Shown here piece after piece: positions 21,221-31,350 of a stretch of 64,000 nucleotides of DNA. Numbering within the stretch: position 1 is the first letter of the stretch; the number at the start of each line of letters is the position of its first letter. A program made the position numbers and the translations under genes. The notes under the pieces are model-generated. The model ran no database searches and had not been told where the DNA came from. It saw only the letters and a program-made list of their open reading frames with translations. This DNA is from SAR86 cluster bacterium (lineage in GTDB: Bacteria > Pseudomonadota > Gammaproteobacteria > Magnimaribacterales > D2472). Location of the stretch: the NCBI GenBank assembly GCA_023703655.1, contig CP097973.1:4701-68700 (forward strand). Direction: 5' to 3'.

Positions 21221-22758
21221 TTCAATTTGCTATTAAAGTCATTGATGAAAGAAATTATATCAATTTTGTTTTCTGTCTCTAAGGTTTCTTGCTCTTTAAT
21301 TGATTGATAAGCTTGATTTTCAAATTCCTTTTGAAGAAAACCATCTAATTTAATTTCTTTTTTTGCTATATCCAATGAATTATCTAAATTATATTCATGA
21401 AAGTCCTTTTCTGAATCTTGCAGCTCTTTCATGATAATCTCAGGGAGGGTTTGATCATTTCTTTTATTTTGAATGTAAGTGTCTAAACTTTTAGCTGATT
21501 CACCTCCCAACTCTCTTGCTATTAATATTAGTCTAGAAAAAATAATATCAACAGCATCTGTTATTTTATGAATGTTTCCTTCAAAGAAAATTTCTGCATT
21601 TTTATTACGACCTTCCTCGATTACAACTATTGAATTTTTGCCATTTATTTGCGCTTCCTCTGGCAATATTTTTGGACTAGGGGTCATCAAGCAATACAAT
21701 AAGAATATATCCATAAGGTGAATTTGTGCTTTACTAATTCCTGTAACTTCAAAGGGATTAATATCTAATCCTCTGAATTCAACATATTCAATACCATGCT
21801 TTTTTAGGAGATTTGCTGGTCTTTCACCTGATTCACCTCTTCGTTTAGGTCGAATTACATCGTATAGCTCATTTTCAATCTGAAGAGTTCCCGAGGATAT
21901 TTGTTGAGGATACCCATCATTATCAAATTCACTAATTTTTTCAAAGATATCATTGGGCATATTTATTGCTCCTATAATTGACTCAACATATTTATTGAGA
22001 CTGTTATAGTTGACATCGATGTTTTTCTGGAGATTACTTTGATAACCTACATCACTCATCCTTAAGGAGCAGGCATTTTTTAAACCATGAAATCTCCTAT
22101 CAACTATCTCTTTGCCAAGCCCACGTTTATCAATGAAACTTTCATGAAAGCATGGACTTCCACCAAAATTAAATGCTATAAACCAATAATTTCTTTTCAC
22201 ATTCCTTACTAAGTTCATGTAGCAATCATCAATATCGTTTTGTGATGGATTGTTTGTGTTCAAAAATAAATTCCATGAATTATTTGTTAAGGAAAAATTG
22301 TAATGAATGCCTGAGATACATTGCATGATGGGACCATATCTCTGTTTAAGCCCTCGCCTGTAAATGTTTTTTAATTGACCCAAATTGCTTCCACCATACT
22401 CAGCAAGTTTTATTTCACTCTCGTTATTGAATTTACATGGCATTGATGCATTCCAAAAAATTTCATTTTCTAAATTTTTTCTTGCAAAAGCATGAATTTG
22501 CTCAAGAAAAGAATACAAATTATCTACGTCATTAAATTTCGGTGTTACAAGTTCTATGAGAGCTTCAGCAAAATCAGTCGTAATATGAGGATTACATAGA
22601 GCGGAACCGAGTTTCTCAGGATGGCTTTTTTGTGATATTTTGCCAACAGTATCTACCCTTAAAGCCTCTCTCTCGATTCCTCTTTTTATTTCAAGATTAT
22701 CAAAGAAATTATTTTCATTTAAAAGGTTTAACTTATTAATAAACCCCTCTTCAATCAT
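21217..22758 (-). CDS. gshA: Glutamate--cysteine ligase (gamma-proteobacterial type)
   Basis: 513 aa. RGIEREALRV and HPEKLGSALCNPHITTDFAEALIELVTP closely mirror E. coli GshA segments recalled from memory. Confidence 0.85.
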   Translation of the reverse strand: MIEEGFINKLNLLNENNFFDNLEIKRGIEREALRVDTVGKISQKSHPEKLGSALCNPHITTDFAEALIELVTPKFNDVDNLYSFLEQIHAFARKNLENEIFWNASMPCKFNNESEIKLAEYGGSNLGQLKNIYRRGLKQRYGPIMQCISGIHYNFSLTNNSWNLFLNTNNPSQNDIDDCYMNLVRNVKRNYWFIAFNFGGSPCFHESFIDKRGLGKEIVDRRFHGLKNACSLRMSDVGYQSNLQKNIDVNYNSLNKYVESIIGAINMPNDIFEKISEFDNDGYPQQISSGTLQIENELYDVIRPKRRGESGERPANLLKKHGIEYVEFRGLDINPFEVTGISKAQIHLMDIFLLYCLMTPSPKILPEEAQINGKNSIVVIEEGRNKNAEIFFEGNIHKITDAVDIIFSRLILIARELGGESAKSLDTYIQNKRNDQTLPEIIMKELQDSEKDFHEYNLDNSLDIAKKEIKLDGFLQKEFENQAYQSIKEQETLETENKIDIISFINDFNSKLK

Positions 22759-22764
22759 TTAGAT

Positions 22765-24318
22765 TTAGAGACTGGGGCCAGCCTGAACTATTTCTTGTCG
22801 AACACTAAATCTTTGGAAGTTTTTCTCAAATTGAGCGATCAGATCTATTTTTGCAGCTTCATAAGCGCTTTGATCTTTCCAAGTCTCAATTGGGTTTAAA
22901 ATTTTACTATCTATGCCATCAATTTTAGTTGGAACGGTTAAGTTTAACCCTTCAATTTTATTACATTCACAATTTATCAGTTCACCATTCTGAATGGCAT
23001 TAATGATTCTTCGTGTGGTTGGAATACTAAATCGTTCTCCTGTCCCATGTGGACCACCAGTCCAGCCTGTATTTACCAGATAGACTTTTGACCCAAAAGA
23101 TTCAATACGTTTTATTAATAAATCAGCATAGACACCAGCTGGTCTTGGAAAGAAAGGAGCTCCAAAACAAGTAGAGAAGGTAGATTCAATTGCGGATGTT
23201 GAACCAACCTCAGTTGAACCAACTTTTGCAGTATAACCACTTAGAAAATGGTATGCAGCTGCCTCTTTATTTAGAATTGATACAGGTGGCAGTACACCAG
23301 TCAGGTCACAAGTCAGAAATATAACAACGCTAGGCTCTGGACCATTATTAGAATCAATAGATTTTTCGACATGCGATCTGGGGTAACAACACCTTGAATT
23401 TTGAGTGAGGCTTACATCAGCATAGTCAGGAACACCATTGTCATCTAAAACCACATTCTCAATAATGCTACCTGATTTGATTGCTTTCCATATTACAGGT
23501 TCATTTTTTTCAGATAGATCAATACATTTTGCATAACAACCTCCTTCAAAATTGAAAACGGAATCCTTTGACCACCCATGTTCATCATCTCCAATTAGAA
23601 AACAATTTGGATCTGCTGAAAGTGTGGTTTTTCCGGTACCAGAAAGACCAAAAAAAAGGCTCACTTCTCCTTTTTCATCAATGTTTGCTGAACAATGCAT
23701 TGGTAAAACATCTTTTTCTGGGAGAAGAAAATTTTGAACCGAAAACATTGCCTTTTTCATTTCACCAGCATATTTCATACCTGCAATGATAACTTTCCTA
23801 GAAGCAAAATTTATAATTACACATGCTTCAGAATTAGTTCCATCAACAGCAGGGTTACATTCAAAATTAGGAGCACTTTTTATTTTCCAAAGTTGTTTTT
23901 CTTTAGGATTAAACTCATCTGGCCTCACAAAAATAAGTTGAGAGAAAACATTATGCCAAGCTGTTTCCGTAGTTATCTCAATAGGTATGTAATGTTCGTC
24001 ATGTGAGCCAACATGAACACGAGAAAGATACCTGTCTTTCTCTGCAAGATAAGAGTCAACTTTTTTCCATAAGACTTCAAATTGATCAGAATTGAAAGGT
24101 TTATTAATCTCACCCCAATCAATAAGATTTTCTGTACCAGGTTCTTTAACAATAAAACGATCATTAGGGCTTCTACCAGTCCTGTCACCAGTTTCAACTG
24201 ATAAGGCTCCATTTTTTGCAATGACTCCCTCGCCACTATCGATAGCTTTTTGTATGAGTTCCTCAGGAGTTAATTCGAAAACTTTTGAGAGTTTTGCTAC
24301 CTCATTATCCATCATCAA
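22765..24318 (-). CDS. pckA: Phosphoenolpyruvate carboxykinase (ATP)
   Basis: Kinase-1a [24 protein letters not shown] and NTGWTGG. Confidence 0.95.
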   Translation of the reverse strand: MMMDNEVAKLSKVFELTPEELIQKAIDSGEGVIAKNGALSVETGDRTGRSPNDRFIVKEPGTENLIDWGEINKPFNSDQFEVLWKKVDSYLAEKDRYLSRVHVGSHDEHYIPIEITTETAWHNVFSQLIFVRPDEFNPKEKQLWKIKSAPNFECNPAVDGTNSEACVIINFASRKVIIAGMKYAGEMKKAMFSVQNFLLPEKDVLPMHCSANIDEKGEVSLFFGLSGTGKTTLSADPNCFLIGDDEHGWSKDSVFNFEGGCYAKCIDLSEKNEPVIWKAIKSGSIIENVVLDDNGVPDYADVSLTQNSRCCYPRSHVEKSIDSNNGPEPSVVIFLTCDLTGVLPPVSILNKEAAAYHFLSGYTAKVGSTEVGSTSAIESTFSTCFGAPFFPRPAGVYADLLIKRIESFGSKVYLVNTGWTGGPHGTGERFSIPTTRRIINAIQNGELINCECNKIEGLNLTVPTKIDGIDSKILNPIETWKDQSAYEAAKIDLIAQFEKNFQRFSVRQEIVQAGPSL

Positions 24319-24333
24319 TATTATATGTTTGAA

Positions 24334-25086
24334 TCAGTTAAATGTTAATCCACCATCAACTACAAGATTTTGACCAGTAATTGCTCTCGCATCATCTAAT
24401 GCAAAAAATGTTACGGCATCTGCAAAATCTTTTACAGTGGTTACTTTTTGTAATGGAGTCATTGTTGCGATTGAGTCAAAAACTTCTTCGGGTGTTCCAG
24501 CACTTGCGTCTGTAACTTTCAGTAACCCACCAGAAACCATATTCACTGTAATGTTTAATGGGCCTAAATCTTTAGCAAAAGATCTTGTCATGCCAAGTAG
24601 CGCAGATTTGGCAATAATATAATCATGGTAGGGTACTACAGGATTTAATGTAAGATTAGTCCCAACATTAATAACCCTGCCAAATTTACGTTTTTTCATG
24701 CTTGGTATCAAAGCTTGAAGTACTTCTATTGATCCCTTAAGAGTTACATCTAATTGATTACTAATTTCTTTCCATGATATATCTTCAGCATGCGTTCGCA
24801 GGTCGCCATTAAAGACATACTCTGCCAGGGCATTATTTATTAGTATGCTTGGATAATCATTAAAATAGTCATTGATCTTAATCATCATATTTTTAATATC
24901 TTTATTTTTAGAAATATCAGCCTGAACTATCAAAACATTTTTACCAAACTCATCAGATAACTTTTTAGCCTTTTTTTCGCTTTTATAAAAATTGATAACA
25001 ACTTTGAAACCTTTATCAAGGAAAGATCTGACGATTTGCTCCCCCAATCCACGCGCACCACCTGTGACAAGTGCAATTTTATTCAT
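24334..25086 (-). CDS. Short-chain dehydrogenase/reductase (FabG-like)
   Basis: TGGARGLG cofactor motif, NNA segment and catalytic YxxxK (YIIAK); 250 aa. Confidence 0.8.
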   Translation of the reverse strand: MNKIALVTGGARGLGEQIVRSFLDKGFKVVINFYKSEKKAKKLSDEFGKNVLIVQADISKNKDIKNMMIKINDYFNDYPSILINNALAEYVFNGDLRTHAEDISWKEISNQLDVTLKGSIEVLQALIPSMKKRKFGRVINVGTNLTLNPVVPYHDYIIAKSALLGMTRSFAKDLGPLNITVNMVSGGLLKVTDASAGTPEEVFDSIATMTPLQKVTTVKDFADAVTFFALDDARAITGQNLVVDGGLTFN

Positions 25087-25588
25087 ACAATCTCATTATT
25101 TTATAACCTGAGAACAATAATAATATTACAATGAAGCCAATTAAAGACCATTCTGCGAAATTAAAAATTAATCTCCAATCCTCTACTGCACACGATGGAC
25201 CTCCTAAAAATGCTAGTCTTAGACCATTAAAAATACCCTCATATTCGAGTAAAGTGCTAAGAGGCATTCCGCAACCACTTATTGACACCAATTCGCTTGA
25301 GTTTAATGACTGCAAGTGTATTTGTCGCAAAGCAAAGCAAGCACCAACCATAGCAAACAGGCAAAGCTTAAATTCAGCCACAGTCATAAAAAAATGTCTT
25401 TTCTGCTTTTTTATAGCCATCAAAAACAGGGCTGTTAAACCGCAGAAAACATACGCCCATCTTTGCAGAATACATAAGGGGCAAGCATAGTATTGTCCAA
25501 AATGCTCAAAGATAATTGCAACACCGACAATTGCAAAACTAAAAAAAAAGATTATTAATGGATGATTATTTAGTAAAGTTCTGATCAT
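25079..25588 (-). CDS. dsbB: Disulfide bond formation protein B
   Basis: Four TM helices; first-loop CPLCILQRW; second Cys pair in the periplasmic loop (SGCG...PSCA). Confidence 0.75.
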   Translation of the reverse strand: MIRTLLNNHPLIIFFFSFAIVGVAIIFEHFGQYYACPLCILQRWAYVFCGLTALFLMAIKKQKRHFFMTVAEFKLCLFAMVGACFALRQIHLQSLNSSELVSISGCGMPLSTLLEYEGIFNGLRLAFLGGPSCAVEDWRLIFNFAEWSLIGFIVILLLFSGYKIMRLYE

Positions 25589-25606
25589 TGATCTTATAAT
25601 TTCTAT

Positions 25607-28282
25607 ATGTCACAAAATCCACAAATTTTTTTGATAGATGGATCCTCTTATCTGTACAGAGCATTCCATGCAATGCCGCCACTCACAACCTCAAAAGGAT
25701 TACCTACTGGCGCTATCAAGGGCGTGGCAAATATGCTGCGCAATATTAAAAATAATTTTCCTGATGCACCAATTATAACTATCTTCGATGCAAAGGGAAA
25801 AAACTTCAGGCATGAAATCTTAGAATCCTATAAAGCAAATAGACCGCCAATGCCGGATGAACTAATTAAACAATTAGACCCCTTAAAAAAGATATGCAAT
25901 TACATGGGTGCCCCCGTAGTAGAAATTTCGGGTGTTGAGGCAGATGACGTGATAGCAACATTGGCCTCAGAGCTAAAAAGCAAACATACAGTCATAATTT
26001 CATCATTAGATAAAGACTTAATGCAATTAGTTGAGGACGAGAAGGTATTGATGATGAATACCATGACAGATGAGACCTTTGACTCTAAAAAGGTTAGAGA
26101 AAAATTTGGAGTTGGACCAGAACAAATAATTGAATATTTAGCTTTGGTTGGCGACTCTTCGGACAATATTCCAGGGGTTCCAAAGGTAGGACCTAAGACA
26201 GCATCAAAATGGCTTACAGAATACCTTAATCTTGAAAACCTCATAAATAAATCAAGTGAGCTAAAAGGAGCTGTTGGAGAATCATTCAGAGACTCTATCA
26301 GTGATCTTGAAAGAAACATCGAATTAGTTACTTTGAAAAAAGATGTCCCATTAAAAAAGAGCATTTCGGAGCTAGTTTCCTTTGAGCCTGATAACAAAGC
26401 ACTTGAAAAAATTTACGAAGAGCTTGAGTTTAATGCTTGGATAAATAATCAAAATACCAAAACAAGAAATTTTAAAGATGCAAATTACGAAACAATCAAT
26501 AACAAAAAATCTCTAGACAATCTAATTAAAAAGATAAATTCTTCTTCAGCATTTGCTATCGATACGGAAACTGATTCCTTGGATACAAAGATTGCGAAAC
26601 TTATCGGCATTTCTATTAGTGTAAAAACCGAAGAAGGATATTACATTCCTATAGCACATGACTATGATGACTCTCCCGACCAATTAGATCTTAATAAAGA
26701 ACTGCAAGGATTTAGAAAAGCCATAGAACAAAATCAACACAAACTTGTTGGACAAAACCTCAAATATGATTTACCAGTATTAAAAAATCATGGCTTTACA
26801 ATTGATAATTTTCTTGCAGATACAATGATTATGTCCTACGTTTTTAATAGTGTTGGCTCAAGACATGGTCTTGATAATCTTGCAAAAAACTATCTAGACT
26901 ACGAAACGATTAAATATGACGAGATTACTGGGACGGGTAAAAACAAAATTTCTTTCTCAAAAGTAAATATTGATTTGGCAACAAACTATGCAGCAGAAGA
27001 TGCAGATGTAACCTTGAGATTATATGAATTTTTTTCTCCAAAAATTAGATCAGAAAAGAAACTAGAGTCTTTATTAACTGATCTCGAATATCCAGTCCTA
27101 AAGGTTTTGCTGGGAATGGAAAACAATGGCGTCAAGATTGATCAGAAGATGCTTGTTGATTACTCAAAAGAGCTTTCAAAGAGGTTAGAAAAACTTGTGA
27201 ATAAAGCATTTTCATTATCTGGTGAAGAGTTTAATCTTGACTCTCCTAAGCAACTTCTTGAAATATTATTTAATAAACTTAACTTGCCAGTTCTAAAAAA
27301 GACTCCAAAAGGACAACCATCAACTAATGAGGAGACATTGCAGAAGTTAGCTGAGGATTATGAGTTACCAAGAGTGATATTAGAGTATCGAGGATTAGCA
27401 AAACTTAAGTCCACCTACACAGATAGTCTTGTTAACATGATTCATACCAATACAGAAAGAGTTCATACATCATATCAACAGGCCGTTACTTCAACTGGAA
27501 GACTTTCGTCTACGGAGCCAAATTTACAAAATATACCTATTAAAACTGAAGAAGGTAGAAAAATTAGACAAGCTTTTATTGCTGAAAAGGATAGTTGTAT
27601 TATTTCAGCTGATTATTCCCAAATCGAACTAAGAATCATGGCGCACCTTTCAAAGGATATTAACTTAAATTCAGCTTTTACTGACGGAAAGGATGTTCAT
27701 TCAGCCACAGCCGCAGAGATATTTGAGGTAGATATTAATAATGTAACAGGCGACCAAAGAAGAAAAGCTAAAGCCATTAATTTTGGTCTAATGTATGGTA
27801 TGACTGCTTTTGGACTTACTAGACAATTAGGTATTTCTAGAAATGATGCACAAATGTATTTGGATTCATATTTTTCAAAATATGACGGGGTTTTAAAGTA
27901 TATGAATGAAATTAGAGAGCAAGCTAGAAAAAAACATTACGTAGAGACCATTTTTGGAAGACGGGTGCATGTTCCAGAAATAAATTCTGGTAATGGATTA
28001 CGTAAAAAAGCAGCTGAAAGAGCTGCAATTAATGGCCCTCTTCAAGGATCGGCTGCAGATATTATCAAAAAGGCTATGTTGGATGTAAATCAATGGATAC
28101 AAGAAAATTCTTCTATTAAGATGATTATGCAAGTTCATGATGAGCTCGTTTTTGAAGCCGATGAAAATTTTAAAGATTCATGTTGCAAGAGTATAAAAGA
28201 AATCATGGAAAAAGCTGTTACTCTTGATGTGCCTCTTGTTGTTGACATCAATCATGGCAATAACTGGAACGAAGCTCACTAA
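25607..28282 (+). CDS. polA: DNA polymerase I
   Basis: 891 aa with 5'-nuclease, 3'-5' exonuclease and polymerase domains. DYSQIELRIMAH (motif A), RRKAKAINFGLMYG (motif B) and QVHDELVFE (motif C). Confidence 0.97.
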   Translation: MSQNPQIFLIDGSSYLYRAFHAMPPLTTSKGLPTGAIKGVANMLRNIKNNFPDAPIITIFDAKGKNFRHEILESYKANRPPMPDELIKQLDPLKKICNYMGAPVVEISGVEADDVIATLASELKSKHTVIISSLDKDLMQLVEDEKVLMMNTMTDETFDSKKVREKFGVGPEQIIEYLALVGDSSDNIPGVPKVGPKTASKWLTEYLNLENLINKSSELKGAVGESFRDSISDLERNIELVTLKKDVPLKKSISELVSFEPDNKALEKIYEELEFNAWINNQNTKTRNFKDANYETINNKKSLDNLIKKINSSSAFAIDTETDSLDTKIAKLIGISISVKTEEGYYIPIAHDYDDSPDQLDLNKELQGFRKAIEQNQHKLVGQNLKYDLPVLKNHGFTIDNFLADTMIMSYVFNSVGSRHGLDNLAKNYLDYETIKYDEITGTGKNKISFSKVNIDLATNYAAEDADVTLRLYEFFSPKIRSEKKLESLLTDLEYPVLKVLLGMENNGVKIDQKMLVDYSKELSKRLEKLVNKAFSLSGEEFNLDSPKQLLEILFNKLNLPVLKKTPKGQPSTNEETLQKLAEDYELPRVILEYRGLAKLKSTYTDSLVNMIHTNTERVHTSYQQAVTSTGRLSSTEPNLQNIPIKTEEGRKIRQAFIAEKDSCIISADYSQIELRIMAHLSKDINLNSAFTDGKDVHSATAAEIFEVDINNVTGDQRRKAKAINFGLMYGMTAFGLTRQLGISRNDAQMYLDSYFSKYDGVLKYMNEIREQARKKHYVETIFGRRVHVPEINSGNGLRKKAAERAAINGPLQGSAADIIKKAMLDVNQWIQENSSIKMIMQVHDELVFEADENFKDSCCKSIKEIMEKAVTLDVPLVVDINHGNNWNEAH

Positions 28283-28860
28283 TCTAAGTAGCTCATAATA
28301 GTCTCTCTTAGACGTTGAAACCCATTATTATCATTTATAGAGACATTTATGATTTCTTTAATTGCAAGGTAAGATGAAACACTTTTTTTTACGAGAGCTA
28401 TCTTTTGGTTAGATAACTTATCACTTTTTGTAAGGACAGGAATTAGATCCACAGAATTTTTGCGACACAACTCAATAATTTCCAGATCAAGCTCTTTGAG
28501 TGGATGTCTAATATCCATAAACAATACAGCAGCCTTTAGCGATTTTCTTTTAGAAAAGTAATCAGACATAAATTTATCCCACATACTTGCATTCTTTTTT
28601 TGGGACTTTGCATAACCATAACCTGGTAAATCCAACAATCTTAGTTGAGCATCTACCCTAAAAAAATTGATTTCAGTGGTTCTTCCCGGTGTTTTACTAG
28701 TTCTAGCTAATTTTGAGTTTTCCGTTAATTTATTCAAAGAAGTGGATTTACCTGCATTTGATCGACCACATAGCACTACCTCTGTTCCAATATCAACTGG
28801 CAAACTCTCATATTTCGTAAGACCAAATTCGAAAGTGGTGTTTTTAAAATAATTTTGCAT
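28279..28860 (-). CDS. engB: Ribosome biogenesis GTP-binding protein YihA/EngB
   Basis: G1 GRSNAGKST, G3 DLPGYGYA and G4 TKSDK; polA-adjacent as in E. coli. Confidence 0.9.
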   Translation of the reverse strand: MQNYFKNTTFEFGLTKYESLPVDIGTEVVLCGRSNAGKSTSLNKLTENSKLARTSKTPGRTTEINFFRVDAQLRLLDLPGYGYAKSQKKNASMWDKFMSDYFSKRKSLKAAVLFMDIRHPLKELDLEIIELCRKNSVDLIPVLTKSDKLSNQKIALVKKSVSSYLAIKEIINVSINDNNGFQRLRETIMSYLD

Positions 28861-28922
28861 AATTAAGCTTTAACCAAAACTGTTCAACGCATATAATAGT
28901 GTCTCTTTGATCAAATTCAAAA

Positions 28923-29576
28923 ATGCTTAAATTTTTTTTAATGGCTTCTACCTTGCTCTACAGTATTAATACTTTTGCAGCTGACAAAATCATGCCTGAA
29001 AAAATTTCTGTTGGAGATCCTGAAGTTGGCTCAAGCCTTGTATCAACATGTGCTGCATGTCATGGTTCTGACGGCAATAGCCTTAATGGAAGTTGGCCAA
29101 ACCTTGCTGGTCAAAACCAAAAATACACATATGATCAGCTTAAATATTTTCAAAATGGGTCTAGGCAAAATGTCCTCATGTCATCAGTTATTGAATACTT
29201 GAATACGCTTACAGATGAACAACTCTTAGGTATTGCCGCTTTTTATGAATCACAAAGTTCAAATGTCGGGCAGGCAACGAATGACGAAGAATTGCTAGCG
29301 CTTGGCGAAAAATTGTACAGAGCTGGAGATTTAGGCAAAGGTATCCCAGCATGCACAGCATGTCATTCACCAAATGGGGCTGGTAATATACAAGCAGGAT
29401 TTCCAAAGGTATCTGGACAACAGAAAGGTTATTTAGAGAGCACTCTTAAAGAATACAGATCACAAAAGAGAGACGCTGGAGCTTACTCTCTTGTAATGCA
29501 ATCTGCATCTGCTAACCTTACTGATCGTCAAATTGAGGCGTTAGCAAATTATATGCATGGATTATATGAGAACTAA
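28923..29576 (+). CDS. Dihaem cytochrome c4
   Basis: Signal peptide; two class-I c-type domains with CAACH and CTACH; about 200 aa. Confidence 0.85.
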   Translation: MLKFFLMASTLLYSINTFAADKIMPEKISVGDPEVGSSLVSTCAACHGSDGNSLNGSWPNLAGQNQKYTYDQLKYFQNGSRQNVLMSSVIEYLNTLTDEQLLGIAAFYESQSSNVGQATNDEELLALGEKLYRAGDLGKGIPACTACHSPNGAGNIQAGFPKVSGQQKGYLESTLKEYRSQKRDAGAYSLVMQSASANLTDRQIEALANYMHGLYEN

Positions 29577-29577
29577 C

Positions 29578-30192
29578 ATGAGAGCTAAGTCTATCCTTTT
29601 TATATTTATTGCCCTCTTCACATTACAGATTGATGCCCAATTTCAACAAGGTAGGGATTATCAAAGAATTTCTTCAGTTATTCCAATTAAGAAAGATGGA
29701 AAAGTAGAGGTTATAGAAGCTTTTTGGTATGGATGCGGCGCTTGTTTCTCATTTGAACCAACGCTTAACAGGTGGAGGTCTGACCTTGATGATGATACTA
29801 AATTCTCTAAATTGCCTGTTGCATGGGGACCAATTCACCAACTCCATGCAAAATTATTTTATACAATCGAGGCACTCAACCTTGGCAGCAATGGACACAG
29901 CGCTGTTTTCAATGCAATCCACAAAGAGGGAAACTATCTAACAAGTGATAATGCAATAATCGATTTTTTAGGTAGCTTAGGAGTAGAAGAAGCTGATGTG
30001 ATAAAGCAAATGAATTCTTTCTCGGTTAAGCAAAAAGTAAAAAGATCTATTGAATTATCAAAGAAATTAAAAGTTAATGGAGTTCCAATGATGTTTGTTG
30101 ATGGCACTTTCAAGGTTCAAGCTCAACGCAACCACAATGATATGCTTGATATAATTGACTATCTTATAAAAATTCAAAAACCCAATTCATAA
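29578..30192 (+). CDS. dsbA: Thiol:disulfide interchange protein DsbA
   Basis: Signal peptide MRAKSILFIFIALFTLQIDA; active site WYGCGACF. I prefer the Met at 29578, just after the c4 stop, to the track start at 29557. Confidence 0.85.
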   Translation: MRAKSILFIFIALFTLQIDAQFQQGRDYQRISSVIPIKKDGKVEVIEAFWYGCGACFSFEPTLNRWRSDLDDDTKFSKLPVAWGPIHQLHAKLFYTIEALNLGSNGHSAVFNAIHKEGNYLTSDNAIIDFLGSLGVEEADVIKQMNSFSVKQKVKRSIELSKKLKVNGVPMMFVDGTFKVQAQRNHNDMLDIIDYLIKIQKPNS

Positions 30193-30193
30193 G

Positions 30194-30796
30194 ATGATAA
30201 ATATTCTAAAGCTCATAATTATCTTTACAGCAGTGATTATTTTTTTTAATGGAAAAAAGTATGATGATCTTGTGAGTTCAAGAATAAGTATTAAGGTAGA
30301 TGTATGTCTTGAGGGCGAGGATTGCGGAAAATTTACTCCTGTTACAAGCTCATCTCAACCATTAGCGGCGCAAGCACAAACTTCTACTATTCAAAAAGTC
30401 GAGCTTTCACAAGGACCAGAACATACTGTAAAGATGCTTAATGACGGCGAGGGTGGACAAATGATTTTTGAGCCAGCTGTCCTGAAGGTGTCTGTTGGAG
30501 ATACAATTCATTTCAAATCAGTTGATGCAGCTCATAACTCTGCCTCAATTGAAGGCATGATTCCTGAAGGTGCTGAAACATGGGCTGGTCAATTAAGCCA
30601 GGATATTAGCGTTGTACTCAATACAGAAGGTGTTTATGTATACCAGTGTGATCCACATCTTGTAATGGCAATGGTTGGCGTAATTCAAGTTGGCAAAGCA
30701 TCCAATCTTGATGAGATAAAACAGCAGGCTGCTTCAAAAAAGTCATCTTTTATGATGAATTCTGACAGATTAGATAAATATCTTTCGCAATTATAA
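30194..30796 (+). CDS. Pseudoazurin-type blue copper protein with N-terminal membrane anchor and linker
   Basis: The C-terminal ~125 aa align by eye to pseudoazurin (HTVKMLNDGEGGQMIFEP...). The type-1 Cu ligands are present: H in AAHN, and C, H and M in YQCDPHLVMAM. They are preceded by the TM helix MINILKLIIIFTAVIIFF and a ~55-aa linker. Confidence 0.8.
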   Translation: MINILKLIIIFTAVIIFFNGKKYDDLVSSRISIKVDVCLEGEDCGKFTPVTSSSQPLAAQAQTSTIQKVELSQGPEHTVKMLNDGEGGQMIFEPAVLKVSVGDTIHFKSVDAAHNSASIEGMIPEGAETWAGQLSQDISVVLNTEGVYVYQCDPHLVMAMVGVIQVGKASNLDEIKQQAASKKSSFMMNSDRLDKYLSQL

Positions 30797-31126
30797 TTGT
30801 TTAAATTGAAAACTAATTCAATCCTCATATTGATTACTTTTGTTTTAAGTCATTTTATTGCATTTAATGCATCAGCTAATGCGTCAATTGATGATGCTAG
30901 GGCAATCTATGAAAAAGGATGTGCAGCTTGCCATTCAGCAGGTGTAGCAGGCGCACCTATGTTAGGAAATAAAAACCAGTGGAGTAATAGATCTTTGAAG
31001 GGTACTCAGCAACTTACGCAAAATGCATGGGACGGGATTGGTGGAATGCCAGCAAAAGGTTTGTGTCAGACTTGCTCATTTGAAGAAATAAAGCTGGCGG
31101 TTCAATATATGCTTGAAAAAATTTAA
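30797..31126 (+). CDS. Cytochrome c5-type monohaem cytochrome
   Basis: TTG start right after the upstream stop; signal peptide; CAACH; C-terminal Cys pair (LCQTC) as in c5-type cytochromes. Confidence 0.75.
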   Translation: MFKLKTNSILILITFVLSHFIAFNASANASIDDARAIYEKGCAACHSAGVAGAPMLGNKNQWSNRSLKGTQQLTQNAWDGIGGMPAKGLCQTCSFEEIKLAVQYMLEKI

Positions 31127-31350
31127 TCGCTTTTATGCTCTTTTTCCAGATCGTTAATTCTATTTTCCAAATGTTTTATTACTTGAAGCAAGCCCTTATA
31201 TCTTTCTTGTTTAACATAACCCATTGATTCAATAATTTTTGTAATTTCTTCATGTAGTGAAGAAATAACTTCGTCGTTTACATGATTTATATTTTGAGTC
31301 TTGTCTTTCAAAACTTCTATTATTGCTTTTACGGTTTCTTTAGAACTCAT
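31123..31350 (-). CDS. Small coiled-coil protein, possibly UbiK/YqiC (BMFP) family
   Basis: 75 aa. The C-terminal heptad pattern YVKQERYKGLLQVIKHLENRINDLEKE resembles E. coli YqiC (LVSREEFDVQ...LEQRISELE). Similarity is weak. Confidence 0.45.
   Translation of the reverse strand: MSSKETVKAIIEVLKDKTQNINHVNDEVISSLHEEITKIIESMGYVKQERYKGLLQVIKHLENRINDLEKEHKSD

Noticed and set aside
25900-26397. 165-aa minus-strand ORF inside polA. Similar long antisense ORFs occur elsewhere: 25131..25490 in dsbB, 56365..56736 in lnt, 41339..41719 across pgk/fba, 43760..44083, 10196..10522, 8615..8947, 8978..9295, 59296..59607 and 5559..5861.
   Set aside because: Each lies entirely opposite a gene with strong family motifs. 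Their translations are Ser/Leu/Phe-rich and low-complexity with no recognisable motif. Such stop-free antisense frames are expected from the codon bias of AT-rich genes.
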